A stretch of 62,184 nt of DNA from a virus. Lineage: Duplodnaviria; Caudoviricetes. Location of the stretch: positions 1-62,184 of the IMG/VR virus record IMGVR_UViG_3300033150_000672, one strand, 5' to 3'. The translations under genes were made by a program, and so were the position numbers. Positions 7,725 to 18,740 of this stretch are shown here, in pieces (the first letter of the stretch is position 1; every line of letters starts with the position of its first letter). The notes under the pieces are model-generated. The model was given only the letters and a program-made list of their open reading frames with translations, was not told the origin of the DNA and made no database searches.

Positions 7725-7940
7725 ATGAATAGAAAAATATTGTTGTTTGTGATTGGATTATTAGTTTTAGGAATAGTCATAGCATCTACTGTTTGGTATA
7801 ATCACGACGTTACTTATTTAGGAAATATTTATGGTGGAAGCTCATGGTATTTCAAAACCTGGAATGTGACAGAAAATTTAACCGCTTACTGTATAGTAGG
7901 AAGTAACGGAATTGATTGCTATTGGGAATCTAATTCTTAA
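7725..7940 (+). CDS. Small secreted or membrane-anchored protein
   Basis: GGAGG RBS; signal-peptide-like MNRKILLFVIGLLVLGIVIA. Confidence 0.65.
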   Translation: MNRKILLFVIGLLVLGIVIASTVWYNHDVTYLGNIYGGSSWYFKTWNVTENLTAYCIVGSNGIDCYWESNS

Positions 7941-7995
7941 GAATAAAAGATTTTAAAAATTATTAGATAATATTATATTTAAGAGGTATATAAAA

Positions 7996-8205
7996 TTGGA
8001 TGAAACAGAAAAAATATTAAAGAATGTAGGTTTAAAGGCAGAAGAATTTATAGGCATGGTTAGGATTCCAAAGACCATAATATTAAAAGGAAAATTAGCC
8101 AAATTAATTATGTATGATTTTAAAAGAAAGTTTAATTTGGCTGAATGGATTCATGATAACCTAACAGAAGAAAAAATAATTGAATACATCAAAAATAAAA
8201 AATGA
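7996..8205 (+). CDS. Hypothetical protein
   Basis: ORF track; overlaps the start of the next gene. Confidence 0.6.
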   Translation: MDETEKILKNVGLKAEEFIGMVRIPKTIILKGKLAKLIMYDFKRKFNLAEWIHDNLTEEKIIEYIKNKK

Positions 8206-8720
8206 ATGCAAAAGAATCGTTACGTCAAGAAATACGACGTCTATATAGTGCTGGATTAGAACTTGGTGATATCAGTGAAAGAACAAGGACTGATGTCAGT
8301 AAAATACGTGAAATTCTGAATCAAGAGAGTGATAGAATACATAAACGTAAAAAAGATTTGAATTTTGGCTCGGATGATGTTGAAGATTTTTTGGAAGGAG
8401 ATTTAACAATTAAAACCAAAAAATCTTTAGCAAAACTTTACTCAAATGCTTGGAGATTGTTTAACGAAGCAATGAATAATGGTGCTTACAGTATAGCACT
8501 TCAAACAATGAATACATTGGTTCGGCAAATTCAATTGACAATGCAATCATTGGGTGAATTAAGTCCGAATAAAGACCAGGGAAAGGCAATTCCAAAAGAT
8601 TTTATTGAGTATCTGGTCAAACAAATGGAGGATGAAGGTTTGTTTAAGGAGGATGCTCTCAACGATGAAAAAAAATCAAATAACGAAAGAAAAAAAGAAA
8701 TTGATAATCAATTATATTAA
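8202..8720 (+). CDS. Probable terminase small subunit
   Basis: N-terminal HTH-like segment then helical region; position upstream of TerL. Confidence 0.55.
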   Translation: MNAKESLRQEIRRLYSAGLELGDISERTRTDVSKIREILNQESDRIHKRKKDLNFGSDDVEDFLEGDLTIKTKKSLAKLYSNAWRLFNEAMNNGAYSIALQTMNTLVRQIQLTMQSLGELSPNKDQGKAIPKDFIEYLVKQMEDEGLFKEDALNDEKKSNNERKKEIDNQLY

Positions 8721-8946
8721 AAAACATGGTGGGGTGGTTGCATTTGCAGATATGACAGAAGGAATTCAAAAAGAACATGGTGTTAATATCACATCAAGAA
8801 ATATTAACAGTTTGGTATCATTAGGAAAAATCGAATCTGTTGAGATATTTGATAGAAAAACATTAAAGAGAAAATTTAGAGGGAAGGCATATAAAATTAA
8901 AAATGATAAGAACATTACAAAAAGCAAAAGTAAAATCATTATTTGA
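8665..8946 (+). CDS. Putative winged-helix DNA-binding protein
   Basis: GGAGG RBS; basic; helix-helix-hairpin pattern. Confidence 0.5.
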   Translation: MKKNQITKEKKKLIINYIKKHGGVVAFADMTEGIQKEHGVNITSRNINSLVSLGKIESVEIFDRKTLKRKFRGKAYKIKNDKNITKSKSKIII

Positions 8947-10540
8947 AAGATGCAAAAAAGACGCATATCTTTTTGCTAAAACATTCAGAATATCACCACA
9001 AAAACAACCAATTTCACCAAAACAAAAAGAGGTCTTTGATGCTGTTACAAGAAATGAAGAACATATTGTATTATTATGGTCAAGACAGACGGGAAAATCT
9101 ACCGTTTTGTCTGAAATTATAGTTTGGTGGTTATTATGTGGTTCAGAAGAAAGAGTGTTTGTTTTAGCACCAGTTGAAGACCAATCAAAAGAAATATATG
9201 ACAAAATAGCAAGAATATTATTAGAATATCCATTTTTTGAAAGATTTGTGATAAAGAACAATTCAGAAGAGATTAAAATGAATAATGGAAATTTTGTGAA
9301 GTTTATGAGTGCAAGTCCAGGAAGTCACATTCGTGGTAAAACGGCGACCAGAATTATTATTGATGAAACAGAAGATGTTATAGATGAAAAATATTATGGT
9401 GATATAACACCATTTCTAGCAGCAATTCAAAGAGATTTTGTGGGAAAGGTAAAAAAGAAAACATTGATAGAAGCCGGAACTCCAAAAACAAAAAATCATT
9501 TTTATGAGGTTCTAAGCAAAGGTGGTGTGAAAGTTATTGGGCAGAAGTGGTATGAATGTCCATTTATTGATGTTGATTTTGTGTTAAAACAAAAAGCAAA
9601 AAATCCAGAAGCATTATTCAAACAAGAATATTTATGTGAGTTTATAGAGGAAGGTTCAACTTGTTTTCCTATAAAGTGGTTCTTTGGTGAAAAAATAGAT
9701 GAGAATAATAAAATACTCAATCCCAATGAAAACAGAGTTTCTGCTGGATTGTCTAATATTGATTTAATTGTTCCTCAACGTTGTTTTCATACACCAGAAG
9801 AATTAATGCCATTCGTTTCTAAGATTCGTGGATTGGTTGAAAAAGGAGCAATATTCACAATGGGTTATGACCAAGGAAGACAAATAGATAATGCTGCTTT
9901 GTGTGTTTGGAGAGTAGATAAATTTCCGGTTAGATTATATTATAACCAAGAATTTCCTCTTGGAACCACCAATCCTACTATCATTAAAGTTATGAAACTT
10001 CTTTATAAAACATTTGATGCTATTGAAATAAATGTTGATTGGACAGGAGAGAAAGGATTTCAGGACTTTATGATTGAGGCGGGATTACCATGTCCAATTA
10101 AGAAACCAGATTACAAATATGGATTAATTGTTTTCAATCCTAAAACAAAAACTGAAATGATTACAAAGGCTCAAGCATTGGTTCAGAAAGGATTGATAAG
10201 ACTTCCAGAGAGTGAACACGTTTTATTTCAACAATTTACACAACAACAATATGAAATCACAGGAAATAATAAATTTAAATTTTATCATCCAAGTAATTCG
10301 CATGATGACCAACTTTGGGCAACATTATTGGCTTTAAAGAACGTAGAATTTGATATGGAAGATGTTGAAAAGTTTTTTGTGGCAAATATTTGGAAACAGA
10401 CAGAAGAAATGTTGGATTTTGAAGATAGTAAAAAAGATTTTATGGTTTTAGGAAAGAAAAAATATAAGAATTTGAAGATTGGAACGATAGAAAGTAATAA
10501 AAAAAATAAAAAAATTCATAAAAAAATGCCAAAAATATAA
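8903..10540 (+). CDS. terL: Terminase large subunit
   Basis: Walker A SRQTGKS, Walker B IIIDE, GTP coupling motif, FKQEYLCEF, nuclease GYDQG and HDD. Confidence 0.95.
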   Translation: MIRTLQKAKVKSLFERCKKDAYLFAKTFRISPQKQPISPKQKEVFDAVTRNEEHIVLLWSRQTGKSTVLSEIIVWWLLCGSEERVFVLAPVEDQSKEIYDKIARILLEYPFFERFVIKNNSEEIKMNNGNFVKFMSASPGSHIRGKTATRIIIDETEDVIDEKYYGDITPFLAAIQRDFVGKVKKKTLIEAGTPKTKNHFYEVLSKGGVKVIGQKWYECPFIDVDFVLKQKAKNPEALFKQEYLCEFIEEGSTCFPIKWFFGEKIDENNKILNPNENRVSAGLSNIDLIVPQRCFHTPEELMPFVSKIRGLVEKGAIFTMGYDQGRQIDNAALCVWRVDKFPVRLYYNQEFPLGTTNPTIIKVMKLLYKTFDAIEINVDWTGEKGFQDFMIEAGLPCPIKKPDYKYGLIVFNPKTKTEMITKAQALVQKGLIRLPESEHVLFQQFTQQQYEITGNNKFKFYHPSNSHDDQLWATLLALKNVEFDMEDVEKFFVANIWKQTEEMLDFEDSKKDFMVLGKKKYKNLKIGTIESNKKNKKIHKKMPKI

Positions 10541-10549
10541 TTTTTTTAA

Positions 10550-10562
10550 AAAATTTTATAAA
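10550..10562 (+). promoter_or_regulatory. TATA box of the portal gene (leaderless)
   Basis: AAAATTTTATAAA about 23 nt before ATG 10586. Confidence 0.55.
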
Positions 10563-10585
10563 TTCTTAGAATTATTTTTATAATA

Positions 10586-12652
10586 ATGAATACAAAGTCA
10601 ATAAATCCACTAAAAATTGAAGGAAAGGTGGGAGATTCTGTCGATATTGATGAGGTGGCCAGTAATTTAGGTCTAATAACAACAGATGATAAGATAGAAA
10701 AATATCTTAAAGAAAGAAAGAAAAAAAGAAAAATTAAATCTCCATTTTCTGATAAAAAAATAAGAAGTGCACTTAAAGCAAAAAATATTTATGATGCTAA
10801 AAAACAAATAGATTTGATAAAATATCCAAAAAAATTAACAGAATGGGCAAGTAGAGTTCCAAATAATGTGGTTGTTGAAATAAAAGGAAGAAGATTGAAA
10901 TTTTTTAAGAAAAATTATTCAGATACAGATAGAGAAATAGATTTAATAGGCCTAAATCCTTATGAAAAAAACTCAGAATTTGCTGATTTAAGTGGTTTAT
11001 ATGAAGATTTTGCTCCAAATTCTACTTGGGTTGGAAATAAATTATATGTAATTAACGGCAAATTAGTGAGTGCGTGGGCATTATATTATGGTATGAATTC
11101 CATAAAAAGTCCAGAAGATTATGCTAAAAACGTGGATATGGTTTATAATGTTCCGTATGTCTTTTCTTCTTTTGAATTAAAGGCTCAAATGGGTCTTGGA
11201 GCCAAAATGTTAATTAATGACAGGTTGAGTGAAGATTCGGATAGAGAAAAATATATTAGATGGTTATTGAAACATAGATTAAAAGTTGATACGCGTTTTA
11301 GAAAAAAGGTTTCATTCCATAAAAGTGAATATGGTAACTGTTATATACATATTCATAATGATAAAGATGGTATTCCAGATAAATTAACAATTCTACAACC
11401 AGAAAGAATAAAAGTGTATTTAGACCCCCTCACAACAAAAATATTATTCTATGTATATCTACCTCCTATACTTGGTGGGTCTATATTACCTGCTTATCCA
11501 CACGTTAGAGGAAGCGCCGGGATGACGTCTGGATTAATGAGTGCTCCAATGTTAAGGTTTCCAACCCCGATTGTTATTCCTGTTAGAAATATGATGCATT
11601 TCAAAACTCATGATTATACTGAATATCCTTTTGGATTTAGTGAATTAAGGAGTGCGACAGAAGTTTGTCAAGCAAGGTTTGATATTAATTTATTGGCGCC
11701 TTATTATTTTAAGAAGTATTGTAAAGCAACGACTCATTGGAAATATGGAGATGAACGAACTCTTGGTAAGAATTTAAATAAGAAATTAACAGAAATGAAA
11801 GGTGAGTTAGAAGATTTAGAACCAGGAAGTGATGTGATAACGAGTGCTGCGTGGGAAAGTAAGGTTTTAGGCCCAGCAACAGGACAGAGTGAAATTTTTG
11901 CTTTAACAAATGATTTGGATATGCAGATGTTTGCTGTGACTGGTGTTCCAGAAACGTATTTTAAACCAAAAGGAACAACAGATAGATTGGTAAGCAATGA
12001 AGATAAAACATTTATTGGTAAATTAAAACAAGACCAAGATGAATTTTCAGAAATGTTCTTTAGAAAAATTATTAAAAAAGCGATTGATATTAAATTTGGT
12101 CCTCCTAAAAAACCAACGTTTGAATCAGCGTCAGGTGCTTCACAAAGACCAGATAATATTACAACTGGTGCTATTGCTCCAGGGGGAATAACTGCGTTGG
12201 ATGTTCAAAAAGACCCAGTGTTTAAAGATGATGAAGAAGATATGACATATGAAGAATGGGAAGCAAGTGATTATTATCCTCAAATAGAATTTGAAGATAT
12301 TACCAAAATAGATAAAACTCAAGAAATTAGCAACACTTTAGCACTATTAAACGCAGAGTTAATAGATAAAGATAGAGCAGCAAAAAGAGTTGGAGAATTA
12401 CCACCAAGCCAAAATGAACAATTACAAAAAGAAATAAAAGATAAAATACAAAAAGAAATAATGTCTAAATATAATCCTTCTGATTATACAAGAATGAATG
12501 GTGGATTAGATATGGATAAAGAAGAAAGAGACAGTCAATTAATGAATCCAGAAGGAAAATTTAAAAAAGCACCAAATAAAGTTTCTGGTAAAACTGAAAC
12601 CGCAGATATGATTATTATTGATGGTAAAAAAATTCCAATTATAAAAAAATAG
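10586..12652 (+). CDS. Portal protein with long N- and C-terminal extensions
   Basis: Follows TerL; YGNCYI, LQPERI, MMHFK...PFGFS and GVP motifs typical of HK97-like portals. Confidence 0.85.
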   Translation: MNTKSINPLKIEGKVGDSVDIDEVASNLGLITTDDKIEKYLKERKKKRKIKSPFSDKKIRSALKAKNIYDAKKQIDLIKYPKKLTEWASRVPNNVVVEIKGRRLKFFKKNYSDTDREIDLIGLNPYEKNSEFADLSGLYEDFAPNSTWVGNKLYVINGKLVSAWALYYGMNSIKSPEDYAKNVDMVYNVPYVFSSFELKAQMGLGAKMLINDRLSEDSDREKYIRWLLKHRLKVDTRFRKKVSFHKSEYGNCYIHIHNDKDGIPDKLTILQPERIKVYLDPLTTKILFYVYLPPILGGSILPAYPHVRGSAGMTSGLMSAPMLRFPTPIVIPVRNMMHFKTHDYTEYPFGFSELRSATEVCQARFDINLLAPYYFKKYCKATTHWKYGDERTLGKNLNKKLTEMKGELEDLEPGSDVITSAAWESKVLGPATGQSEIFALTNDLDMQMFAVTGVPETYFKPKGTTDRLVSNEDKTFIGKLKQDQDEFSEMFFRKIIKKAIDIKFGPPKKPTFESASGASQRPDNITTGAIAPGGITALDVQKDPVFKDDEEDMTYEEWEASDYYPQIEFEDITKIDKTQEISNTLALLNAELIDKDRAAKRVGELPPSQNEQLQKEIKDKIQKEIMSKYNPSDYTRMNGGLDMDKEERDSQLMNPEGKFKKAPNKVSGKTETADMIIIDGKKIPIIKK

Positions 12653-12668
12653 GTTTGTGTGAATAAAA

Positions 12669-12977
12669 ATGGGTAGAACATCTGAGATTGCATTAAAACA
12701 ACCTGATATTTATAATGTAAGTTTACCAGATACTTCTTGGGTTAAATTTACACTTCCTAATGATAAAACGCGTTCAATTATGATACAGTGCAGAGATAAA
12801 AAAGAGGTATTAGTTAGCACAAAAGATGACCAGAGTGTTTATTGGACTATTAAGAAGAATGCTACCCTTTCTATGGATACAAGCATGATAGACCAAAGTA
12901 ACTCTACTGAAGATTTAAGTTTTTGGGTAAAAACAACAAGTCCAACCACTACAATTGAAATTATGGTGGCAGAATGA
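12669..12977 (+). CDS. Small beta-sandwich virion protein (paralog of 16405-16713)
   Basis: P.I.NVSL...W...IQ.R..K...Y.T.K...LSFWV pattern shared. Confidence 0.7.
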   Translation: MGRTSEIALKQPDIYNVSLPDTSWVKFTLPNDKTRSIMIQCRDKKEVLVSTKDDQSVYWTIKKNATLSMDTSMIDQSNSTEDLSFWVKTTSPTTTIEIMVAE

Positions 12978-15607
12978 CAAAATTATTCCAAACAAGTCCT
13001 GGGACTGATGAAGAACTAATTGATTGGCAAGAGTCAGTTCTTGATAAGGATTTAACTATTCCTCCTGGAAGTCCAAGTCTTGGTGACAGGTATATTGTTG
13101 CTATTGGTGCTACTGGTGTTTGGAGTGGAGAAGATAACAACATCGCTGAGTGGGATGGTGGTTCTTGGGTCTTTACAACAGCGAATGAAGGAATGGGTTG
13201 TTATGTTGAAGATGAAGATTTGATTTATGTTTACAATGGCAGTACTTGGGTTACTCTTGGAAGCGTAAGTGGTGTTACCTTGGATGTTGCATTTGATAAT
13301 GGTAAAATTATTGATGGAGCCAATAGTAGTGCTAACGCAATGCAGGTGGGTAATGGAACGCAAGCACTAAGCATTGCCTCTTATGATGTGGGTTTTGGTT
13401 TGGGTATTAGTAATAATCTTAATTCTAATACTACTACTGTTTTTTCTTTCGGACAACCAACAGATACTAATCCTAATTTTTATTTTGTTCCAAATAATGT
13501 TTCTGGCAGGGGCTTGGCCAATGTTAATATTTTTGGTTGGGGTAGTGGTGGTGCTGGTGCTGGAGGTTCTCAAATTTTAATACATAGTGATTATGATAAT
13601 GATGTTTCAAGGATTTATTCTGTTGGTGTTTCCTATCTTGACTTGTTTGCTAATAGTGTTACTAAAGCAATAAGGATTGATACTAATAGTATTCCAACAA
13701 TTACTACTTTTGGTGGTGACGACCTTGCTTTGTCAAGTTCTTCAGGTAATTTAAATATTCTTGGAAGTAGCACTAATATTAATGGAACTGAACTTGAAAC
13801 TCTTAGTGATGGAAGCGTTGCGGATAGTTTACATATACATAATCATAATATTTTAGGGAATCTTGATTATGCAAATAGTGGTCATACTGGTTTTTTACAA
13901 GACACTAATGACGTTATTAAGGATAGTCATATTGATTGGGGTTTAGGAACTAATAAGGTTAGTGCTGAAGATTTGCCTATGAATTATATTGGTTCACCAA
14001 CATATACTTCTTTGAAGGATTGGTTTAGTATTCGTCAAGAAGCAGGTTTTATTAGTGGTGGTGACGTCAGTGATAATGGTGACGGCACTGTTGATGTTAG
14101 TGCTGGAACAGGAGTTATAAAGAAAACTGATAGTGAAACAGGAGAGAGTGTATTTTTTGATTGGAATGATAAAAATAATCTGGCTTTGACTGACAACAGT
14201 GTTAATTATATTGTTGTCCAGTATAATGGTGGCAGTCCTCAGGTTGTGGCTAAACAAGACATTAATAATATTAATTTTCATGACGAGTTCGTAATTGGTT
14301 ATTGTTATCGGGTTGGCAACACTGTTCACGTTCTTGAAGCAGGCAATCAGATTCCTGATTACTTGATTAAGCATTGCCTTGTTGAGTTTTATCGTGGTGC
14401 TGAAAGATTAAGTGGTGGAATGATAAGTGAGACTGGAAACAGATATTTGATTGTTACTGCTGGAAGGTTTCATCTTGGAATAACCACTTGGAATACAAAC
14501 AGTATTGACACGAGTGGTGCTGACACGTTCACAGCATATTATGGGGATGGTGGTGGCGGATGGAATGAGCAGACAAGTCAGACACAAGTGGATAACACTC
14601 ATTATGATGATGGAACTGGAACGTTAGCAACACTGACTTCTAACAGGTATAACGTGTTCTGGGCGTATCTTAGTTTTAGCGGAGATTTATATTTAGTTTA
14701 CGACCAGAACGTTCCTTCTGGCGGTTATCGTTTGAGTCAGGCATTGCTTGCTTCTGTTCCTACAAGTATTCCTGATATTCTTGAAAAATTCAGTATTCTT
14801 GCTGGGAAAATAATTGTTCAGAAAAACAGTTCAAATCTCGAAAGTGTCGAAAGTGCGTATGTTACTCGTTTTGTCCCGAGCGATGTTTATGTGCATAATG
14901 ATTTGTCTGGTTTGCAGGGCGGAACTACTGATGAATATTATCATCTTACTAGCACTGAGTATGGTGGTGATTGGGGAAGTAAGAATATTACTACTACTGG
15001 TACTATTACTGGTGGAACACTTACTGACGGAACCGCCAGTTTGTCAAGTGGTAATCTTACTGGTTTGAACAGTATTAACCTTATTAGTGACACTGCTTAT
15101 GGCAGTGGTTGGGATGGCGTTACTACGATTGCCCCAAGCAAGAACGCTGTTTATGACCAAATTGAGTTAATGCTTGCTTATAATGCTATTGGTTTGAGTA
15201 ATAGGCAATGGAAACCTTGTCATTTTATTGGGTGTCCTCATAAGAATGTTACTGTTTCATCTGGTCATGAAATCCGAAATGATGATTCGACTGATACTTA
15301 TTTAGTTTTTTTAGTTGATTTGGAACCTTTAAAAGGAAGTAAAAAATGCTATATTGATGGTATCAGATTTACTTTAACTGATGCAGATAGTTCTGATTAT
15401 GTTAATCTTATTTATATAGCAGAGGATGGTTCTTTAACTTTGATAGATAATGGCAATCAAACTTCCCCAAGTGATTATGAAATAAGTTTCACTGCCAGAG
15501 ATATATCTGGAAAGTTAAGCGTGTGGTTTTTAGTAAATTGTGTATTTACAACATCAAACGATTTTGGTATTAGGGGTTTTAGTGTAAGATATTATTATGA
15601 TGACTAA
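12974..15607 (+). CDS. Mosaic fibre/spike protein with N-terminal DUF2793-like domain (probable head fibre)
   Basis: PPGSPSLGDRYIV...GVWSG...IAEW...W.F....EG motif; G/S/T/N-rich modular body; located in the head module. Confidence 0.75.
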   Translation: MTKLFQTSPGTDEELIDWQESVLDKDLTIPPGSPSLGDRYIVAIGATGVWSGEDNNIAEWDGGSWVFTTANEGMGCYVEDEDLIYVYNGSTWVTLGSVSGVTLDVAFDNGKIIDGANSSANAMQVGNGTQALSIASYDVGFGLGISNNLNSNTTTVFSFGQPTDTNPNFYFVPNNVSGRGLANVNIFGWGSGGAGAGGSQILIHSDYDNDVSRIYSVGVSYLDLFANSVTKAIRIDTNSIPTITTFGGDDLALSSSSGNLNILGSSTNINGTELETLSDGSVADSLHIHNHNILGNLDYANSGHTGFLQDTNDVIKDSHIDWGLGTNKVSAEDLPMNYIGSPTYTSLKDWFSIRQEAGFISGGDVSDNGDGTVDVSAGTGVIKKTDSETGESVFFDWNDKNNLALTDNSVNYIVVQYNGGSPQVVAKQDINNINFHDEFVIGYCYRVGNTVHVLEAGNQIPDYLIKHCLVEFYRGAERLSGGMISETGNRYLIVTAGRFHLGITTWNTNSIDTSGADTFTAYYGDGGGGWNEQTSQTQVDNTHYDDGTGTLATLTSNRYNVFWAYLSFSGDLYLVYDQNVPSGGYRLSQALLASVPTSIPDILEKFSILAGKIIVQKNSSNLESVESAYVTRFVPSDVYVHNDLSGLQGGTTDEYYHLTSTEYGGDWGSKNITTTGTITGGTLTDGTASLSSGNLTGLNSINLISDTAYGSGWDGVTTIAPSKNAVYDQIELMLAYNAIGLSNRQWKPCHFIGCPHKNVTVSSGHEIRNDDSTDTYLVFLVDLEPLKGSKKCYIDGIRFTLTDADSSDYVNLIYIAEDGSLTLIDNGNQTSPSDYEISFTARDISGKLSVWFLVNCVFTTSNDFGIRGFSVRYYYDD

Positions 15608-15655
15608 GAAATTGAAGCCAAAAATAATGTTTATAAAACTTAGGAGGGAAGTATA

Positions 15656-15859
15656 ATGAATAAAGATGAAATAATAAAAGATATTCAGAAATTAAGACAA
15701 CAAAGAAATTTCCTTACACAACAATTACAAGGAGTTCAGCAGCAAGTGGATTTAATACAAACAAATGTTATGAGAACAGATGGTGCAATAGCGTTTCTGA
15801 ATGATAAATTAAAAGAGTTAGAAAAGAAAAAAATGGAGAAGAAAGAAGTGAAAAAATGA
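15656..15859 (+). CDS. Coiled-coil protein (possible fibre chaperone)
   Basis: Heptad pattern; follows the fibre gene. Confidence 0.65.
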   Translation: MNKDEIIKDIQKLRQQRNFLTQQLQGVQQQVDLIQTNVMRTDGAIAFLNDKLKELEKKKMEKKEVKK

Positions 15860-16344
15860 GCGAAATAATTAATATAGAATTTAATAAAATGAAGGAATTG
15901 ATGAATGTTGAGGAAAGATTTTTAGTCTTTGCTAGATTAAGTGATAGATATAATTTATTGTTAGATAATGGAAACTTCATATTTCAGACACAAATACCTT
16001 ATGATAAAATTGTTTCTGGATATATGAGAACAGAAGGTATAGTAAAAATATCTGTAGAAACCAGAAAAGAAGCACTGAATTATTTTGAAAAAAAACATTT
16101 CAAAAGTAGACCAAACACTTTAAGATATTATCCAAGTGGAGATGAAAGAGAAATGTTAGAATCAATAGATGTTTTTAGAGACATCGATGTGGCACAGGTT
16201 ATCACTCCATTGAATGAATTTGCAGATAATACATTCTTTTTGGATGGTGATAAAATTAAAGGAAAAGATAAGAAAGGAAAAGAAAAAGTTTATGCGAAGA
16301 TAATAAAACAGGAATCAAAACTCAATAAAAACATAGAAATTTAA
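15856..16344 (+). CDS. Hypothetical head-module protein
   Basis: ORF track; contains EFAD motif. Confidence 0.7.
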   Translation: MSEIINIEFNKMKELMNVEERFLVFARLSDRYNLLLDNGNFIFQTQIPYDKIVSGYMRTEGIVKISVETRKEALNYFEKKHFKSRPNTLRYYPSGDEREMLESIDVFRDIDVAQVITPLNEFADNTFFLDGDKIKGKDKKGKEKVYAKIIKQESKLNKNIEI

Positions 16345-16404
16345 AAATGTTTTTATATTTAAAGAAACATTTTTAACTTAATAAAATAAAATAGAGGTGA
16401 AAAC

Positions 16405-16713
16405 ATGGGCACAAGTAATGTGGTTGAGCAAAGAACGCTCAGACGTCCTTCTATCCAGAATGTTTCTCTAACAGGTGGGGTGTGGAAGAAGACTACAGTT
16501 TCTGATATAAAAAATAAAGAATTATTAATTCAATTACGTGAAAATAAAGATTTACAAATCAGTTTTGATTCAAGTCAAACAACATATTTCACATTGAAAA
16601 ATGGTTGTTCTTTCTCAATAACTTCAAATATGTATGCAGATACAGATAATTTAAGTTTTTGGGTAAGGTGTGCAGATAATTCAACATTAGAATTAGTGGA
16701 GGTGGCTCCATAA
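16405..16713 (+). CDS. Small beta-sandwich virion protein
   Basis: Paralog of 12669-12977; GAGGTGA RBS. Confidence 0.7.
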   Translation: MGTSNVVEQRTLRRPSIQNVSLTGGVWKKTTVSDIKNKELLIQLRENKDLQISFDSSQTTYFTLKNGCSFSITSNMYADTDNLSFWVRCADNSTLELVEVAP

Positions 16714-17072
16714 TGAGGATGGGTATTGGTGGTTCAACAGCAGAAGTTTCAATTGAAAGTGTTGATATTGGTGATATAAACATAACTGACTATCACACCA
16801 ATAGTGAACCTAAAAAGGTGACTGTTACAAATACAGCACAAACCGTTAATTTTACACAAGATATTGAAGAATTGGTTATTCAGAATCCAAGTGGTACTGA
16901 TACAATTTATGTCAGTTTGGATGGAAATGATGCTACGACAGATGATTTTGAAATAACAGCGGGACAAACAGTTGTATTTAATTTAAAAATCGTTCAAGCA
17001 ACCGGTATATCATTATTGAGTGATAATGCTGGTGGAACTACTGTAAAACTATTAGGAAATTATACTCCATGA
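16713..17072 (+). CDS. Small beta-rich virion protein
   Basis: ELVIQN...IYVSLDG pattern, distantly similar to its neighbours. Confidence 0.7.
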   Translation: MRMGIGGSTAEVSIESVDIGDINITDYHTNSEPKKVTVTNTAQTVNFTQDIEELVIQNPSGTDTIYVSLDGNDATTDDFEITAGQTVVFNLKIVQATGISLLSDNAGGTTVKLLGNYTP

Positions 17073-17081
17073 GGTGATTAA

Positions 17082-18290
17082 ATGACAAATATATCAACAA
17101 GTAATAAACCTGTATTAAATAGGTTGGGCACTCCAGCGGGTGCTGATATGAGCACAGATATTGCTAATATTGATACAAAAATTGGAACACCAACAGTTGA
17201 TTTGGCAACTGATATTTCTAATATTAGTGGTTTTAGTCCAGCACCGGTAATAGTATATGTAGATGTAAATGCTAGCGGTGCAAATGATGGAACCAGTTGG
17301 ACAAATGCTTATACTGATATAAAAAGTGCTGTTGATTCATGTAGTGGTGGTGAAACAATACTTGTTGCTCCAGGACAATATACAGTAAATAGTGATATAA
17401 ATGTTGATGTAAATAATTTGTCCATTATTTCTTCAAGTGGTTCAGGATGTACTTATCTTTTAGGTGGTGGAGGAACTAATGCAACATTTTATGTAACTGG
17501 AGATAATACACATATTGAAGGATTCATTATACATCCAGCATCTAGAAGAGGTATTGAATTAGAAGGTAATGCAGATAATTTTGTAATAAGAGATTGTCAT
17601 AGACAAGGAAATCCACAGGTTGGTGGAGAATTAATACGTGCAGATGGTGGAAGATATGGACTTGTAGAAAATTGTACAAGTAATCAAAGATTCTGTGATT
17701 TAAATGATTCTTGTCAATATTGGAGATTTATAAATTGTCATGCGGTCGGTCAAGGAAGTTTTACTGGATTTGATATAGATGGTCACTATTGTACATTTAT
17801 AAATTGTAGTGCATCTCATTTTGTAACTGGTTTTTCAGTAATAAGTGGTGCAACACATAATAATTTAATAAATTGTACGGCAAGTGATTGTAGTGCTTCA
17901 GGATTTAGTGATGCTGGAACAAATACACACTTTTCAAATTGTTTTGAAGAAACACCAACAGAAGGAACATATACATATTTAGATGCTGGTGGAGAACAAA
18001 ATTTATTTGAATTAACTGGAGTAATTAATAGAGAAATTCTTGCAATATGGTTAGACCTTACTAATCTAACACAAGATGGCACAGTAACCATTTATGGAAA
18101 ACAGGCTGGACTTTCTGTTTATACTGCATTTAAAACAATTAGTTGGACTCAAGCAACTGACCCAAAACTTTTACAACTTGACGGTTTCCCCACTGGAATT
18201 ACTGGAGACTTAAAAGTTAGTTGGACGGAAGGGGCAGACGAAGGCGCTGATAGAGATATTGGTTATGAAGTAATATATAGAGGCACATAA
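17082..18290 (+). CDS. Pectin-lyase-like right-handed beta-helix protein
   Basis: YVDVNASGANDGTSWTNAYTDI...ILVAPGQY cap followed by repeated FINCxA coils. Confidence 0.8.
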   Translation: MTNISTSNKPVLNRLGTPAGADMSTDIANIDTKIGTPTVDLATDISNISGFSPAPVIVYVDVNASGANDGTSWTNAYTDIKSAVDSCSGGETILVAPGQYTVNSDINVDVNNLSIISSSGSGCTYLLGGGGTNATFYVTGDNTHIEGFIIHPASRRGIELEGNADNFVIRDCHRQGNPQVGGELIRADGGRYGLVENCTSNQRFCDLNDSCQYWRFINCHAVGQGSFTGFDIDGHYCTFINCSASHFVTGFSVISGATHNNLINCTASDCSASGFSDAGTNTHFSNCFEETPTEGTYTYLDAGGEQNLFELTGVINREILAIWLDLTNLTQDGTVTIYGKQAGLSVYTAFKTISWTQATDPKLLQLDGFPTGITGDLKVSWTEGADEGADRDIGYEVIYRGT

Positions 18291-18304
18291 GGAGGTAAAA
18301 TAAT

Positions 18305-18508
18305 ATGGTAGATGTCAATATAACAGGTATTGGTGATTGTAAATTAGAATCAGAGGTTGTTGGTAACTCAACAGAATATATTATTAAAAAGACAGAAGAG
18401 ATAATAGTTGAGAGAATAACTTTAGATACATGCAATAGAAAAATTGCTGCTCTTAAAGCAGAATTAGATAAATGGAAAGCCATAAAAGCAGAAGTGGAGA
18501 AGTTATAA
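18305..18508 (+). CDS. Small protein with C-terminal coiled coil
   Basis: GGAGG RBS. Confidence 0.7.
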   Translation: MVDVNITGIGDCKLESEVVGNSTEYIIKKTEEIIVERITLDTCNRKIAALKAELDKWKAIKAEVEKL

Positions 18509-18509
18509 G

Positions 18510-18740
18510 ATGACGAAATATGTATCTGAAACAACTTGTAATGCAAGACATTCTGCTCTGAAAGAAGATGTTGAAGAAATGAGAGCAGATGTAAAAAAAA
18601 TATTAACAAATGATATTCCTCATTTACAAAAGTCAGTTTCAGAACTTAAGATTTATTTTGCTATTATTGGGAGTATCATTTCAATAATTGGCCCACTTGT
18701 GGTCAATTATATTACAAAAATATTAGGACTAGGTGGTTAA
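18510..18740 (+). CDS. Coiled coil plus C-terminal TM protein (holin/XhlA-like architecture)
   Basis: Coiled coil followed by IYFAIIGSIISIIGPLVV. Confidence 0.5.
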   Translation: MTKYVSETTCNARHSALKEDVEEMRADVKKILTNDIPHLQKSVSELKIYFAIIGSIISIIGPLVVNYITKILGLGG